From: Chiloscyllium plagiosum
Lineage: Eukaryota
Direction of reading: 5' to 3'
Length of the DNA: 64,000 bases
NCBI RefSeq assembly: GCF_004010195.1
Contig: NC_057719.1
Span: forward strand, 56,560,606-56,624,605
Position 1 is the stretch's first letter. Every line of letters starts with the position of its first letter. Positions 12,751 through 26,200 of this stretch are shown in pieces. Under the pieces are notes generated by a model. It made no database searches. It was not told where the DNA came from and saw nothing but the letters and a program-made list of their open reading frames with translations. A program made the translations under genes and the position numbers.

Positions 12751-13099
12751 TAAACCCATTGACTTGCTGGACAATTACTGATGCTGAGCTTAGATGCTTG
12801 GATCTACAAAGGTGTTACATTTTTAGCACTGACATAAGATTTATTTTAAAAGTTGCTTTTGATGCAGGTGGTGACATGGCAGTTGACAAATGACTGCACA
12901 GCTTAAGTCTTCCTGATTTGACTTCATTGTATTGGCATGGTTGGCAGAGGGTTTAACAGGCAGCTAGAGCACAACAACCAGTCTACAACTTCAGAATGAA
13001 AATTGACCCAAGGAAAATCAATTCCTGAATAGTGCCCTTTGTTTTTGTACAATGTATGATATTTAGGCCAGTACTTGGCACTTGAGCAAACATGGACTC

Positions 13100-13432
13100 T
13101 TATGGTCCAGTGGTAATATCCCTATCTCTGAAACAGAAGGCCTGAGTTTAGGTCTCACTTGCTCTTGGAGTGTCATAACGTATCTGGACAGCATAATTAA
13201 AAATATATGCAACAGACATTAGCAATTGGCAGCATCAGGATGGTTGAGTGGTCTAATGCACCAGATTTGAGTATTGTTCCTTGCTTTGCTGAAGCCTGGT
13301 AAATTCTGGTCCCTCTCTACAGGGGGAAGGCATTGGTACCATCCCTACCTCCAAACAGGAGGTCTGGGTTCACATCCTGCTTGCTCCAGGGGTGTGTAAT
13401 AACATCCCTAAACCGGTTGGTTAGAAAATATC
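13100..13432 (+). mobile_element. Two copies of a short tRNA-like SINE (also at ~4765-4925 and, on minus, ~6530-6655)
   Basis: cagtggta.t.tccctacctct..a.caggaggtctgggttca...ctgctccag..gtgtgtaataacatc...ggttagaaaatatc repeated. Confidence 0.6.
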
Positions 13433-13681
13433 AGCACTTGAGTAAACCACGCTCCAGAAGTCAAATTTTAAACAAATGCTGTTTCATTATTATATCAAAA
13501 CAGTTTCCCTTATTGTGTAAATTTTCAAAAAAATTATTCTTGAAATATATTTAATTTCATTTTGAGCAATTTAGAAATTTTAAAGTAGCACAAATTAATT
13601 AGTTACATTTAATTCTGTAATTAATTTTTTATCTTCTTAAATGTACCTGTGCATGAACGTCTTTATTCTTTTTCCTCCTAG

Positions 13682-13739
13682 GATTCTTTCAGAAGCTGAA
13701 ATTGATGCACATCTGGTTGCTCTAGCAGAGAGGGACTGA
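13682..13739 (+). CDS. PSMA6: PSMA6 last coding exon (exon 7) to stop codon
   Basis: tcctcctag acceptor; ILSEAEIDAHLVALAERD* with TGA at 13737-13739. Confidence 0.98.
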
Positions 13740-13836
13740 AATTCCATATAGTTCTGTATTTGTTACAAAGAAAATGTTAATGAAAAACTAGATTGCTGTA
13801 AGAGAATGCCATCTACACTGTATTTTAATCTGTACA

Positions 13837-13842
13837 AATAAA
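13837..13842 (+). terminator. Probable PSMA6 polyadenylation signal AATAAA
   Basis: First AATAAA, ~100 bp after the stop, followed by GT-rich sequence. Confidence 0.7.
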
Positions 13843-13933
13843 GCTGAGGTTTTGGAACATGGTATTGATTAAAGTTATGTTTACATGTGCTCACATCTGA
13901 TCTATAGAGATGGCTATGTTCCCAATTTTACAA

Positions 13934-14005
13934 GCTGAAACTTTATTGCTGGAACAGCACAGCAGGTCAGGCAGCATCTAGGGAACAGAAGATTCGACGT
14001 TTCGG
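13934..14005 (-). mobile_element. 72-bp fragment of the hammerhead cassette family between 50-bp direct repeats
   Basis: Matches the reverse complement of ~7350-7420; direct repeat at 13884-13933 and 14006-14055. Confidence 0.85.
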
Positions 14006-14025
14006 CATGTGCTCACATCTGATCT

Positions 14026-16276
14026 ATAGAGATGGCTATGTTCCCAATTTTACAACCCATAATCGAATCCAGAAGGGCCGAGGGAACCAGGAAGGGATCA
14101 ATCCTCGTGTGACATTTATGTGGGTTTGAGAAAAAGGTGAAGTCCCTGCCAGTAGGGTGAAGACATCTCCAAATGTCCATCAACCCCAACTCCTCACATA
14201 AGTCAATCACCTGCTTGGCCTGCGAAGAAATAGTTGGGGGCCCACAAGGCATCCTGTCCTCTGTTGGATCCAAAAGACAATTAAAATCCCCCTATAATAA
14301 TGTGCCGTGTTCCAAAAGCACACAGCTTAGAGAAGGTGCTAATCAAAAATTTGAGGGGATGTGCCGGAAGACAGTAGATATTTAAAATGCTATATTCCTC
14401 CCCATGTATCAGGGCCTTAAGTATCACAAACCTGCTCTAATAATGTGAACGGAAGATTATTCGAAAAAAGTACTGCCACTTCCCTACTTTTAGTAGTAAA
14501 GGATGAAAAGAATACCCGGTCATAATCCCCCTGTTGTAGTTTCAGGTGTTGCCCATCATCAAGATAGGTTTTCTGTAACAAAGCACTATCAACCCTTTCC
14601 CTCTTAAGGCTAGAAAGCACTTTTTTCCTTTTAACAGGCAAATGACTCCCTTGATGTTCCAGGAGCACCATATAACAAGACACTTAACCATATCCCCTTT
14701 CAGACACCCTTGAACCCCTGGGAGGGAGAACCCTGCTTAAAAGCACTGAGCACAAGTAAATAAAGATTCATAGAGTCGAAGAATTGTATATACAAAAATC
14801 ACTCTATTGTAACTACAAACAACTATTACTATCAAAAAACTACAAAGAAAACCAACTATAAAACAGAAGACTCTCCCCCCCCCCCCCTGCCCATAGGGGG
14901 CACTCACTCTACCCATTCCCTCCTTCACAGCTCCTTCAAGCCTGGACTGTACCCCAGCCTTAGGCGAAAACAAAAACAAGGTGATGATCCTTAAATCCAC
15001 ACAAAAAAAAAGTCAGGATGAGCACTCTGCCCATTCCCGGCTTCATGTCGCCCCCTGCATGTGACTAAAAAAGAAAGAGAACAAACAAAAAAAGGGGACG
15101 ACAAAGGACATGCACAAAATTTCCCAAAGTAAAATACAGTTATAAAAAACATAGGAACAACATATTCCAAGCTTTTAAAAAAATTATTAGGGAGAGAGGA
15201 AAAAAAGGGAAAACACAGGAAAAGAGGACAAACATTAACCGTATTCTTAAGGCCAGTCCATCTATTTTAAAGTTTCTACAAAGTTTTTAGCTTTATCCAC
15301 TGAGTCAAATGTATAAACTGAGTCCTTGTGGCTGAAACAGAGCACTGTAGGGTACCGCATGGAGTACTGGATACCCAGTTTCCTCAGCCTCTTTTTAACT
15401 TCATCGAAGGACTTCCTCTTATGAATTAAAGTTGCTGAGAAATCCTGGAAAAACAGCATTTTGACCCCTTGTGCAGCAGCACCTGTGGGTCTTTTTCCAG
15501 TAATCTGGAGGCTTCTATTTTTGTTTGTCCTTGTATGAGTGGACATGCGCTAGGACCAGGTGGGGGTGCTGAACCAGCCAGACCTGTGCACTGTGATCCG
15601 ATAGGCCCTTTCAGTCTGCAGCCTGCTGGACTTTTTGAAGGCCCAGGAAGTGCAGCAGCCAGCTTTCAAAGAAGCTGACTGGCTGCCCACCTCCTTCACC
15701 CTCCGGGAGTCCGACAATCCGAAGATTCATCCTTCGACTTGGTCTCGTAAAGCCAGACTTTCCGCTCCAGCACCTGGATGTGACCAGATGAGGACTCCCT
15801 CACCACTTCCGAGGCCTTGGTTCAACCCTCCATCTCCTACAGCCGCTCCCTGTGGCCCTGGATCTCCTGGTCACGCTTCTGCAGCATGGACGCGATGGGT
15901 TAGATCTGGGCACGAATCTCCTCACTGATCTCCTTAATCGCAGCCCCAATCTTCGAGGTAAGTCTCTCCATCGCCGCTGCCAATTCCTGAGAGTCTGTCA
16001 GGTCCCTGGGGGGTTCGGGAGAGGCTGCTGCTGCTGTGGTCTCTGGTGTGCCAGGTGCTGCAGGGGAGTGTCCTCCCTGCTGCTGTTTACTCGCTTCTTT
16101 TCTCTTTGGCATCCTTCCCACTCCTAAATATTAACAAATATGTGTTCTGTCAGGTTTTAAGCTAATAATTCCTTCACTTTAGTTGACCAGGGATGGCCAA
16201 CAACACCAATATGCCTTGGCTGTTAGGCAGAGGCATCCATGGCAGTTCTACAGAATCACCACCATCTTGCCGAGTC
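14026..16276 (-). mobile_element. 3'-deleted L1 (5'UTR, disrupted ORF1 16112-15262, ORF2 endonuclease from 14691)
   Basis: CAAGATGG head; ORF1 C-terminus FFQDFSATLIHKRKSFDEVKKRL...YSMRYP; EN motifs WNIKG, GGFNC, DIWRCLHPTGRDFTFFSNPHKCHTRID; homologous to the L1 at 52479. Confidence 0.92.
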
Positions 16277-16289
16277 TTCAGTAAGGTAT

Positions 16290-19200
16290 GTTAACCAGAA
16301 GATTGTAATGGAGAAATTAATGGAGCTGAAAGTTGAAATGCACCTGGCCTGATAACCCACAATGTTGAAAAAGATGGCTATAGAAATAGTTGATATATTG
16401 GTGACCATCTTCCAGACTTGCGTAGAATCCTGCAGCTTAGAAATTGCCAAGTGTCCCTCCAAAATTTATGAAAAAAGCAAGAGGGAAAGTAATGCATTAC
16501 TAACCTATTAGATCCTACTATTTTCCCTATTACTGATGTAAACCTATAATAAAAGACATGATTGTTGGGCAGAGTCAGCATTGAGTTACAAATGGGAAGT
16601 TGTGCTTGATGAAACTATTTGAGGATGTTGCTGACAAACTTGAAAAAGGGGAATTAAAAGATATAGCTGACTTGGATTTTCAGAAGATTATTGATGAAGT
16701 CCCCTGCAGGAGTTGGTTAGTAAAATTATAGCACGTGAGAGAAGTAGTAGTGCACTGATATGGATTAATGGTTAGCTAACAGTCAAAAAAAGGAGACTAG
16801 GAATAAATGGATCATTTTTGTGTTGACAAGCTGTGACTAGTGAGGTACTGCAAGAGGCTTGGGTTCCAACTGTTCATAATGTATATCAATGTATATTTGG
16901 ATGTGGAGACTAATTGTAATACTTTCAATTTTGCAGAAGATACACAGCTAAGCAGGAATATATTTTGAGGAAGATGTAAAGCAGTTGGGTTTGAACAGGC
17001 TTAGTGAGTGGGCAAAAACATGGCAGATTGAACATTACATGGAAAAATGTAAGGTTATCCAGTTGGAAAGTGTAGATGTGAATTTGATTCACCCAGAGGG
17101 ATGTAAATCTTAGAATTTTTCTACCCCAAAGAACTATGGGAGCTCAGTATTTAAGTATATTTAAAATGAAAATTGGTAGATTTCTGATTACAAATGGCAT
17201 AAAGCATTATTATAACAGTGTGGGTAAAAGGCACAGAAGGGATCGGTCAGCCATGATTATTGAATGGCAGAGCAGCCTTGCTGAGCTGAAAGGCTTACTT
17301 TTCCTAATCTTTAAAGATCAATGCACCAGAGCAGAGATTTTCTTTTCACAAGACCAGCATGAGAAGGGGAGATAGTACATGACTGTGAATAGAGAGTGGG
17401 CTAATGGACTGGAAACAGCGAGTGGAGTCAAGGTATTGTTATTTCAGGTTGGTGATCTGTAACCTGTGGGATTCCACAAGAATCAATGCTAGGTTTGCAA
17501 CATTTTACAGTGTATCATCAAGACTTGGACGAAGGAAGTCAATGTATTGTAGCCAAATTTGCAAATTACAAAAATAGGTAGAAAGGCAAGTTGTGAGCGG
17601 GGCGCAAGCCATAAGACTATACAATATAGCAGCAGATTTAGGCCATCCAACCTGCCGAGACCACTCCGCCATTGATCATGCCTGCTATTTTTCTTAACCC
17701 CATTCTCCTGCCTTCTCCCTGTAACCTTTGAACCTCTTGCTACTCAAGAACCTATCTATCTCCACCTTAAAGCCATTCAATGTGAGTTGGCCTTCCCAGC
17801 CTTCCTCAGCAATGAGTTTCACAGATTCATTACCATCTGGCTGAAGAAATTCCTCCTCATCTCAGTTCTAAAGGGTTATTCCCTCATGCTGAGGTTATTC
17901 CCTCAGATCCTAGTCTCTCCTACTGCTGAAAGTGTCTTCTTCATGTCTATTCTATCCAGGCCTCTCAGTATTCTGTAAGGGTCAATGAGATCCCCCTCAT
18001 CCTTCTAAACTTCTAAACGCAGAGTCCTCAACCACTGTCATATGACAAGCCATTGATTCCTTATATATGGCGCCCAAAACTGTTCACAATATTCCAAATG
18101 CAGTCTAAAGAGAGCCTTATAGAGCCACATCTCTGTTAATGTTTTATAGCCATCTTGAAATGAATGCTAATATTATATTTACCTTCCCAACTGGCAACTG
18201 AACCTGTATGTTAACGTTAAAAGAATCCTGAATTAGTACTCCTAAATCCCTTTATGCTTCAGATTTCCAAAGCCTTTCCCAATTAGAAAATAATCCATAA
18301 CCTCAAACCTTGTATTCCATCTGCCACTTCTTTGCCCATCTGCCAACTTGTCCTAGTCCTTATACATCCTCCCCGCATCTTCAACATTACGTGTCCCTCC
18401 ACCTATCTTTGTGTCATCTGCAAATTTGACAACAATTCCCTCGGTTCCCTTGTCCAGATTGTTAATGTATTACATGAATAGTTGTGGTCTCAACACTGAC
18501 CCCTGCGAAACCCCAATAGTCATCAGCTAACTCCTTTATCCCTACTCTGCATTCTGCTGGTTAGCCAATCATCTAACCATGCCAATACTTCACCCGTAAC
18601 ACCTTGGACTTTTGTCTTATTCAGCACCTTCTTAACAGCAATTTGTGAAGGATTTTCCGGAAATCCAATTAGATCATGTAGGTTAGGTGCATTAGCCATG
18701 GGAAATGCAGGGTTGCAGGGATAGAATAGGTGCAGACTTATTGGGCCGAATGGCTTGTTCCATACTGTCGTGATTCTTAGGTGATCTCTATTGGCTCTCC
18801 TTTACAATTTACAGAAAGATATTGATAGATTAAATAAATTGGCAAAATCTTGGAGTATAATGTGGGAAAATATGAAGTTCTTTATTTTTGGAAAAGAGAA
18901 CAAAAGAACAGAGTATTATTTAAATGACAAAAACTGTAGAGTATTGCAGAAAGCTGAAACACAAGGGACTTGGGGTACTTGTGCATGAAACACAGGAAGC
19001 TAACACACAAGTGCTGCAGGTAATCAGGCCCTTATTTCAAGGAGATTGGAGTGTAAGAGTAGGGTAGTCTTACTGTGACTATATAAGGTGCTGGTGAGAT
19101 CATATCTGGAGTACTGTCAGCAGTTCTGGTCCCCTTATTTAAGGAAAGATATTGGAGGCATTTCAGAGAAAGATGATCCCCAGAATGGAGCAATTGTCTT

Positions 19201-19655
19201 ATGGGAAAAAGCTAAATAGGTTGGGACTCTACTCACTGGAGTTTGGAAGAATGAGAGGGATTTCATGGAAACATCTAGCCTTTTTAAAGGGCTTGAAAAG
19301 GTAAATGCTGAGAGGATGTTTCCCCATCATGAGACAGTCTAGGACCAGAGGGCTCAGTCTCAGAATAAAGGAGTGCCAATTTAATCTCCTTCAGAGATGA
19401 AGAGGAATTTCTTCTCTCAGAGGGTTGAGAATCTTTGGAACTCCTTGCCCCAGAGAACTGTGGAGCAAAGTCCCCGTGTTTATTTAAAGCTAAGATAGAT
19501 AGGTTCTTGATCAGTTGGAGAATAAAATGTTATGGAGAAAACACAGGAAAGTGAATGTGAGAATCTTGACTGAGCCATGACCCTACTGAATTGGAAAGCA
19601 GGTTGGAAGGGCAGAAAGGCCTACTCTGCTTCCTATTTCTTAAGATCTTATGGTT
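16290..19655. mobile_element. Cluster of old nested CR1 fragments (plus 16290-17320, plus 17360-17610/18790-19655, minus 17610-18790)
   Basis: Degenerate RT and 3'-end motifs (ttggattttcagaag, aaatttgca, ctggagtactg..cagttctggtcc, aggaatttcttctctcagagggt). Confidence 0.75.
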
Positions 19656-21244
19656 AGTATACCATCACCACTTTTAAACTCCATCTGCTGTAGTTTCACC
19701 TATTCATAACCTGTACATATTTTATGGTAAAGTTCTGCACAAATAATGTCAGCTGGTACTTATTTGGTAATATTCTCAGTTCAGAAGATTATGGGTTCAA
19801 CTTGCATTCTCAAATATGAGCCTGTATTTCAGATTCGTAATCCCATTGTATGCCTGGGGAGTGCTGCAAAGTTGGAAGTGGTAAATTTTGAATGAAATGA
19901 CCAGCTTCCTGTTTCCTCTTTTGGGTGATGTAATTACTTTGCTCAAATCTGCGACTAGTTTTCCAACATTAAATCATTGGCCACTGCAAAAAATGCTTCA
20001 TTGGCTCCAAAGTGGTTTTAGAAATCCTTAAGTCTTGAAAAGTGACTGCTGATGATTCTTTTTCCTATAATTGTTATGTTATCATAAGTGGAGTGCTTTC
20101 CCTTTAAAAGCTCAACCTGCAAATGAACCAAGTACCCACATGCAGCGCGAACCTTTTAATGAAGTGAACTCATTGCCCACGAGGGTAGAAGAAATGGAAA
20201 TAGATTTCAAAAGTAAATTGGATGGAGGCTGAAGGAAATAAATCTGCAGGACTGGAAAGATAGAGTGGGGGAGCAGGACTGAGGGGATCGGTCTGGGGAG
20301 TGCTAGCTTGGAGTCAATAGATCAAATGAACACCTCTCATGGTGCAAATATGAGTGACTCTCAGAGACTAGACTGGTTGTTTTTGATTGCATTACAGGAA
20401 AACAAAGACTATCATTCATATATCACAGATGCTTTAAAAATAGGTAAGGGTTATGCAGAAAATGACATTGGTGTGTTCAACAGATGAAGCGCTAACATTT
20501 TTGTCTTTTAATAGCTATATGTGCTATTTAACAGGGTGTAACAAACCAGAGTAATGTCACATCTGTAACATTGGGTGTTCAAAACTTTTGCATCTTGGTA
20601 TTCTTGGCAGACATTGAGCTGGTGCACAGCTTCCCCATCTGAAGAATGTGGGAGTTACGTTGTAATATTCAAATCATGTGTGGGTGACCTAATATCCTCC
20701 ACAATTTCCATACACCGTTGAGTCACAGGTAATGAGCAAGTACTTTTTTTTCAAAAAAAAACTCCTTTGGAAAAAATGTAGAACATAAACTCTAACCACA
20801 GGGATAGAGTTATCTGGAGTGGAAGTGATCCCAAAGAGGAGCCATAGCACTTAGGGGAAGAGTGTACTAATTTTATTAATTGATGCGAGGTAAACGTGCA
20901 TGTAACGCGTAATATTTTAGTTATGAATCATATAGTTGTCATGGTATCCAGGCAGGATTAGTCTGACACAATTTTCAATTTCTTTAACGACTAGAACTTT
21001 AGCCTTGATATCTTATTATGTTACTGATCTGCAGATGTGTGGCACTTTAAGGCCACAGATGTCGAATAAACATTGAACGAGTTTATTTAGGTTTAGTTGG
21101 GATAGAGGACTCCTCATTGTGGTAAGTATAGTGAATATGCCCAGTTACTGACGGGTTTGTGTATTTATTCCAAAAGAATTTTTGTTTTCCTTACTTTTCT
21201 CCAATATCACAGCAAAGATTACATAATAGTACGTTATATCTCAG

Positions 21245-22449
21245 ATCATAGAGTCATAAAGATGTACAGCACGGAAACAGACCCTTCAACTCGACTATGT
21301 CGACCAGATATCCTAACCTAATCTAGTGCCTTTTGCTAGCACTTGGCACATATCCCTCCAAACTCTTCCTATTCATATACCAATCCAGATGCCTTTTAAA
21401 TGCTGTAATTGTGCCAGCCTCCACCACTTCTTCTGGCAGCTCATTCCATACACGCACCACCCTTTGTGTGAAAAAGTTGCCCCTTAGGTCCCTTATATAT
21501 CTTTTCCCTCTCACCCTAAACCTATGCCCTCGAGTTCTGGACTTCCCCAACCCCGGGAAGAGACCTTGTCTATTTATCCCACCCATGCCCCTCATGATTT
21601 TATAAACCTTGGTAAGGTCACCCCTTAGCCTCCGACACTCCAGGGAAAACAACCCCAGCCTATTCAACCTCTCCCCATAGTTCCAATCCTCCAACCCTGG
21701 CAATATCCTTGTAAATCTTTTCTGAACCCTTCCAAGTTTCACACCATCTTTCTGATAGGAAGGAGACCAGAATTGCATGTAATATTCCAACAGTGGCCTA
21801 ACTAATGTCCTGTAGAGTCGCAACATGACCTCCCAACTCCTGTACTCGATGCTCTGACCAAAAAAGGAAAGCATACCAAACGCCTTCCTCACTATCCTAT
21901 CTACCTACAACTCTACTTTCAAGGAACTATGAACTTGCACTCCAAGGTCTCTTTCTTTGGCAACACTACCCAGGACCTTAGCATTAAATGTATAAATCCT
22001 GCTAAGATTTGCTTTTCCAAAATGCACCTCACATTTATCTAAATTAAACTCCACCTGCCACTCCTCAGCTCATTGGCTCATCTAATCAAGATCCTGTTGT
22101 AATCTGAGGTAACCTTCTTTGCTGTCCACCACAACTCCAATTTTGGTGTCATCTGCAAACTTACTAACTATTTCTCCTATGTTCACGTCCAAATCATTTA
22201 TATGAATGATGAACCACTAGTCACAGGGATCTAGTCTGAAAAGTAACCCTCCACCACCAGCCTCTGTCTTCTACCTTCGAGCCAGTTCTGTATCCAAATG
22301 ACTAGTTCTCCCTGTATCCCATGAGATCTAATCTTGCTAACCAGTCTTCCATGGGAAACCTTGTTGAATGCCTTACTGAAGTCCATATAGATCACGTCTA
22401 CCACTCTGCCCTCTTCAATCCTCTTTGTTACTTCAAAAAACTAAATCAA
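21245..22449 (-). mobile_element. 5'-truncated CR1 LINE
   Basis: ORF 21323-21892 (LYRTLVRPLLEY..QFWSP, RRLRGDL, RTRGH, FFTQRVV..WNELP); YMDFSKAF and KFADDTKIG upstream; CTATGA-type tail. Confidence 0.93.
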
Positions 22450-22603
22450 AGATACAATGCTTGATGTAATTGAAATCTGCTAGCTATTTGAAGATGCCAC
22501 TAAGATAATGGTGAAGTCAAGCAATCGAGAAGTATCCAACAGGAATGTTTGTTTGTTGGATACGAGTGGAAAAATTGTCACTACTACGTTGTGGGATGAG
22601 AAT
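22448..22603 (+). pseudogene. RPA1: Orphan RPA1 (RPA70 DBD-B) pseudo-exon
   Basis: [51 protein letters not shown] aligns without gaps to RPA1 [52 protein letters not shown]; in-frame TAG at 22481; GTAAGC donor at 22604. Confidence 0.88.
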
Positions 22604-23214
22604 GTAAGCATTTTTTTTTTAGAATTTGCTTTTACATCAAATTAATCAACTGTTTGCAATACTTGAAGTTGACTGAATTTTCTTGTTGTAGTGTTTATTT
22701 TGGTTCTTGTCTGAATCCATGGTCACAATGGATAGGCCTGTGCAGTACCTTTGGTACGGAAGCAGTCAGCACCAGTCATCTGACCATGACCTACACTGAT
22801 ATGGCATGTTGCTTCAAGATACAGTTGTATCAGTGTGGCTAGAACTAACAGTTTCTTATTCTTAATCTTTCTCTTTCTTGGGTCTTTGTTACATTTCAGT
22901 GAAATTAATCATTTGATACTAATTCAGACTATGTCTTCCAGCTTATACTCATCAAAGTTGAGTTTCTAAGACTCAGTTCTTAGCTAAGAAATAGGGGTTG
23001 ATTTCTACATGTGTAACGCTTCTGGAGAGTATGCAATCTGCACTCTCATTGCCCTGCTATAGCAGTAGCTATATTGGATACTGTTGTGTCACCCCACCTT
23101 CCTGAAGATGTGCGAACTGAGTGGAAAGTATTTAAATTGTTGTTAATCTTTAGAAGTTGGTTTTTGTAAGCTAAATTCATCAAAAATATAAAAAAGACAT
23201 TATGCAATTTCACT

Positions 23215-26200
23215 CCCTACCACATCTGCAGCAAGTATTGGTTGCTGGAAGAACTCTGGATCAGAATTGATGATCTGGAATCTGAGCTTCAAACACTGCG
23301 GCATATCCGGGAGGGGGAGACTTACCTAGATGTTTTGTTTCAGGAGACAGTCACACCCGGTAGATAAAGTAATTCAAATTCAGTTAGTGATCAGGGACAA
23401 CAGGGTGTGACTGTAAGTGAGGCAGATAGCGGGATTCTGAGTTCAGGAGTGGAGGAGCCTCAGCCCTTGACCTTGTCCAACAGGTAGGAGATTGTTGCTC
23501 CCTGCATGGATGAGGAAAAGGGATATGGACAGGATGAGCCAGCTGACCATGGCACCATGGTGCAGAAGGCCATTCAAGAGGGGGGAGCAAAAAGACAAGT
23601 AGTTGTTCTCGGGGATTCTATAATTAGGGGGACAGATAGTATCCTTTGAGAGCGAGATCGGGAGTCCCTCATGGTGTGTTGCCTGCATGGTGCCAGGGTG
23701 CAGGGCATCTCTGAACGGCTTGAAAGGATATTGGAGGGAGAAGGTCCAGTTGTTGTGGTCCTCGTTGACATTAACAACATCAGCAAGGCTAGGAAGGAGA
23801 ACGCTGTTTGGGGATTATCAAGCACTAGGAAGGAAATTGAACAACAGGTTCTTGCAGGTCATAATCTCTGGATTACTGCTTAGGCCATGTACTATTTGGC
23901 ATAGGACAAGAAAAGTAAACACGTGGCTAAGAGATTGTTGTGGGAAAGAAGGATTGCATTTCATGAGACATTGTCATCAGTTTTGGAACCAGGGGTATCT
24001 GTAAAGATGGGACGGTCTCCAACTGAACCGATCTGGAACCAGTGTTCTGGTGAAAAGAATAAATAGGGTGGTCACTAGGACTTTAAACTTATGAGTCGGG
24101 GGAAGGGAAAGGGAAAGCAACAGGGAGTATGGAGTCAAGTAGAAAGATAAGCAGCAGGTTAGCATGTGTGCAGGGTTTAAGTTCAACGCAAACTAGGAAC
24201 GAAGCAAAAAGGAAGGATAACTTAGGACATATCACTAGAGATGTTGGAAATCGTGTGGATAAGAAAATTAGCATTAAGGCACTTTACCTGAATGCTCGTA
24301 GTATTCATAACAAAGTAGATGAAATAACAGCACAAATCATCGTCAATGATTGTGATGTGGTAGGCATTACAGAGATGTGGTTGCAGGGGGTTCAGGACTG
24401 GCAGTTAAACATCCAAGGATTTACAACTTATCGAAAAGACAGGGAAGTGGGCAGAGGGTGTGAGGTTGCCTTGTTAGTTAAGAATGAAATTAAATCTATG
24501 GCACTGAATGTCATAGGGTCAGATGATGTGGAGTCTGTGTGGGTGGAGTTGAGGAACCAAAAAGGCAAAAAAAACCGTAACGGGAGTTATGTACAGACCT
24601 CCTAACAGTGATCAGGACCACGAAGTAGATAGGGCATGTCAGAAAGGCAAGATCACGGTGATCATGGAGGACTTCAATATGCAGGTGGACTGGGTGAATA
24701 ATGTTGCTGGTGGATCCAAAAAAAGGGAATTCATGGAATGCTTACAGAATGGCTTTTTGGAACAGCTTGTGATGGAGCCCACAAGGAAGCAGGCTATTCT
24801 GGACTTAGTGCAATGTAATGAGCCAGACTTTATAAAAGATCTTAAAGTAAGAGAACACTTAGGAGGCAGCGATCATAATATGGTAGAGTTCAGTCTGCAG
24901 TTTGAAAAAGAGAAGGCAAAATTGGATGTAATGGTGTTACAGTTAAATAAAGATAATTACAGGGGCATGAGAGAGGAACTGACGAAAATCAACTGGAAGC
25001 AGAGCCTAGTGGGGAAGACAGGAGAGCCACAATGGCAGGAGTTTCTGGGTGTAACTGAGGACATAGTATCAAGGTTCATCCCAAAGAAAAGAAAGATTAT
25101 CCGGGGTGAGGGGGAATTAGACAGCCATAGCTGACAAAGAAAGTCAGGAAATGTATCAAAGAAAAAGAGAGTATATAAAGTGGCCCAGAGCACTGGGAAA
25201 TCAGAAAATCGGGAAGAGACAAAAACAAACAGAGGACAGCAAAGAGAGAAATAAGGAAGGAGAGGATCAATTATGAAGGTAGGCTAGTTATTAATATTAG
25301 AAATGATAGTAAAAGTTTCTTTCAATACATAAAAAAACAAATTAGAGGCAAAAGTAGACATTGGGCCACTCCACATTGATGCAGGAAGGCTAGTGATGGG
25401 AGACAAGGAAATAGCTGAAGAATTTAATAAATACTTTGCATCAGTCTTCACAGTGGAAGACATGAGTAATATCCCAACAATTACGGAGAGTCAGGGGAGA
25501 GTTGAGTACGGTAGCCATTATAAAAGAGAAAGTGCTAGAAATCTAAAAGGTCTAAAAATTGACAAATCTCCTGGCCCCGAAAGGCTACATCCTCAAGTTC
25601 TGAGGGAGGTAACTCAGGAAATAGTGAAGGCATTAGTTGTGATCTTTCAAAAGTCACAGGGGTCAGGGAAAGTCCAAGATGATTGGAAAATTGCTGTTGT
25701 AACCCCCTTGTTCAAGAACGGATCAAGACAAAAGATGGAAAATTATAGGCCGATTAGCCTAACCTCGGCTGCTAGTAAAATTGTAGAATCTTTCGTTAAG
25801 GATGAGATTTCTAAATTCTTGGACATGCAGGGTCGGATTAGAACAAGTCAGCATGGACTTAGTATGGGACGTCATGCCTGACAAACCTGTTAGAATTCTT
25901 TGCAGAGGTAAGTAGGTTAGACCAGGGAAACCCAGTGGATGTTATCTATCTAGACTTCCAAAATGCCTTTGAAAAAGCACCTCATGGGAGGCTGCTGAGT
26001 AAGGTGAGAGCCCATGGTGTTCAAGGTGAGCTATTGGCATGGATTGAGGATTGGCTGTCTGATAGAAGGCAGAGAGTTGGGATAAAAGATTCTTTTTTGG
26101 AATGGCAGCCAGTGACAAGTGGTGTCCCACAGGGTTCAATGTTGGGGCCTCAGCTGTTCACTTTATATATCAATGATCTGGATGTAGGGACTGGGGGCGA

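Noticed and set aside
20611..20728. Candidate exon with cag/gtaatg boundaries
   Set aside because: All three frames contain stops and no protein is recognisable.
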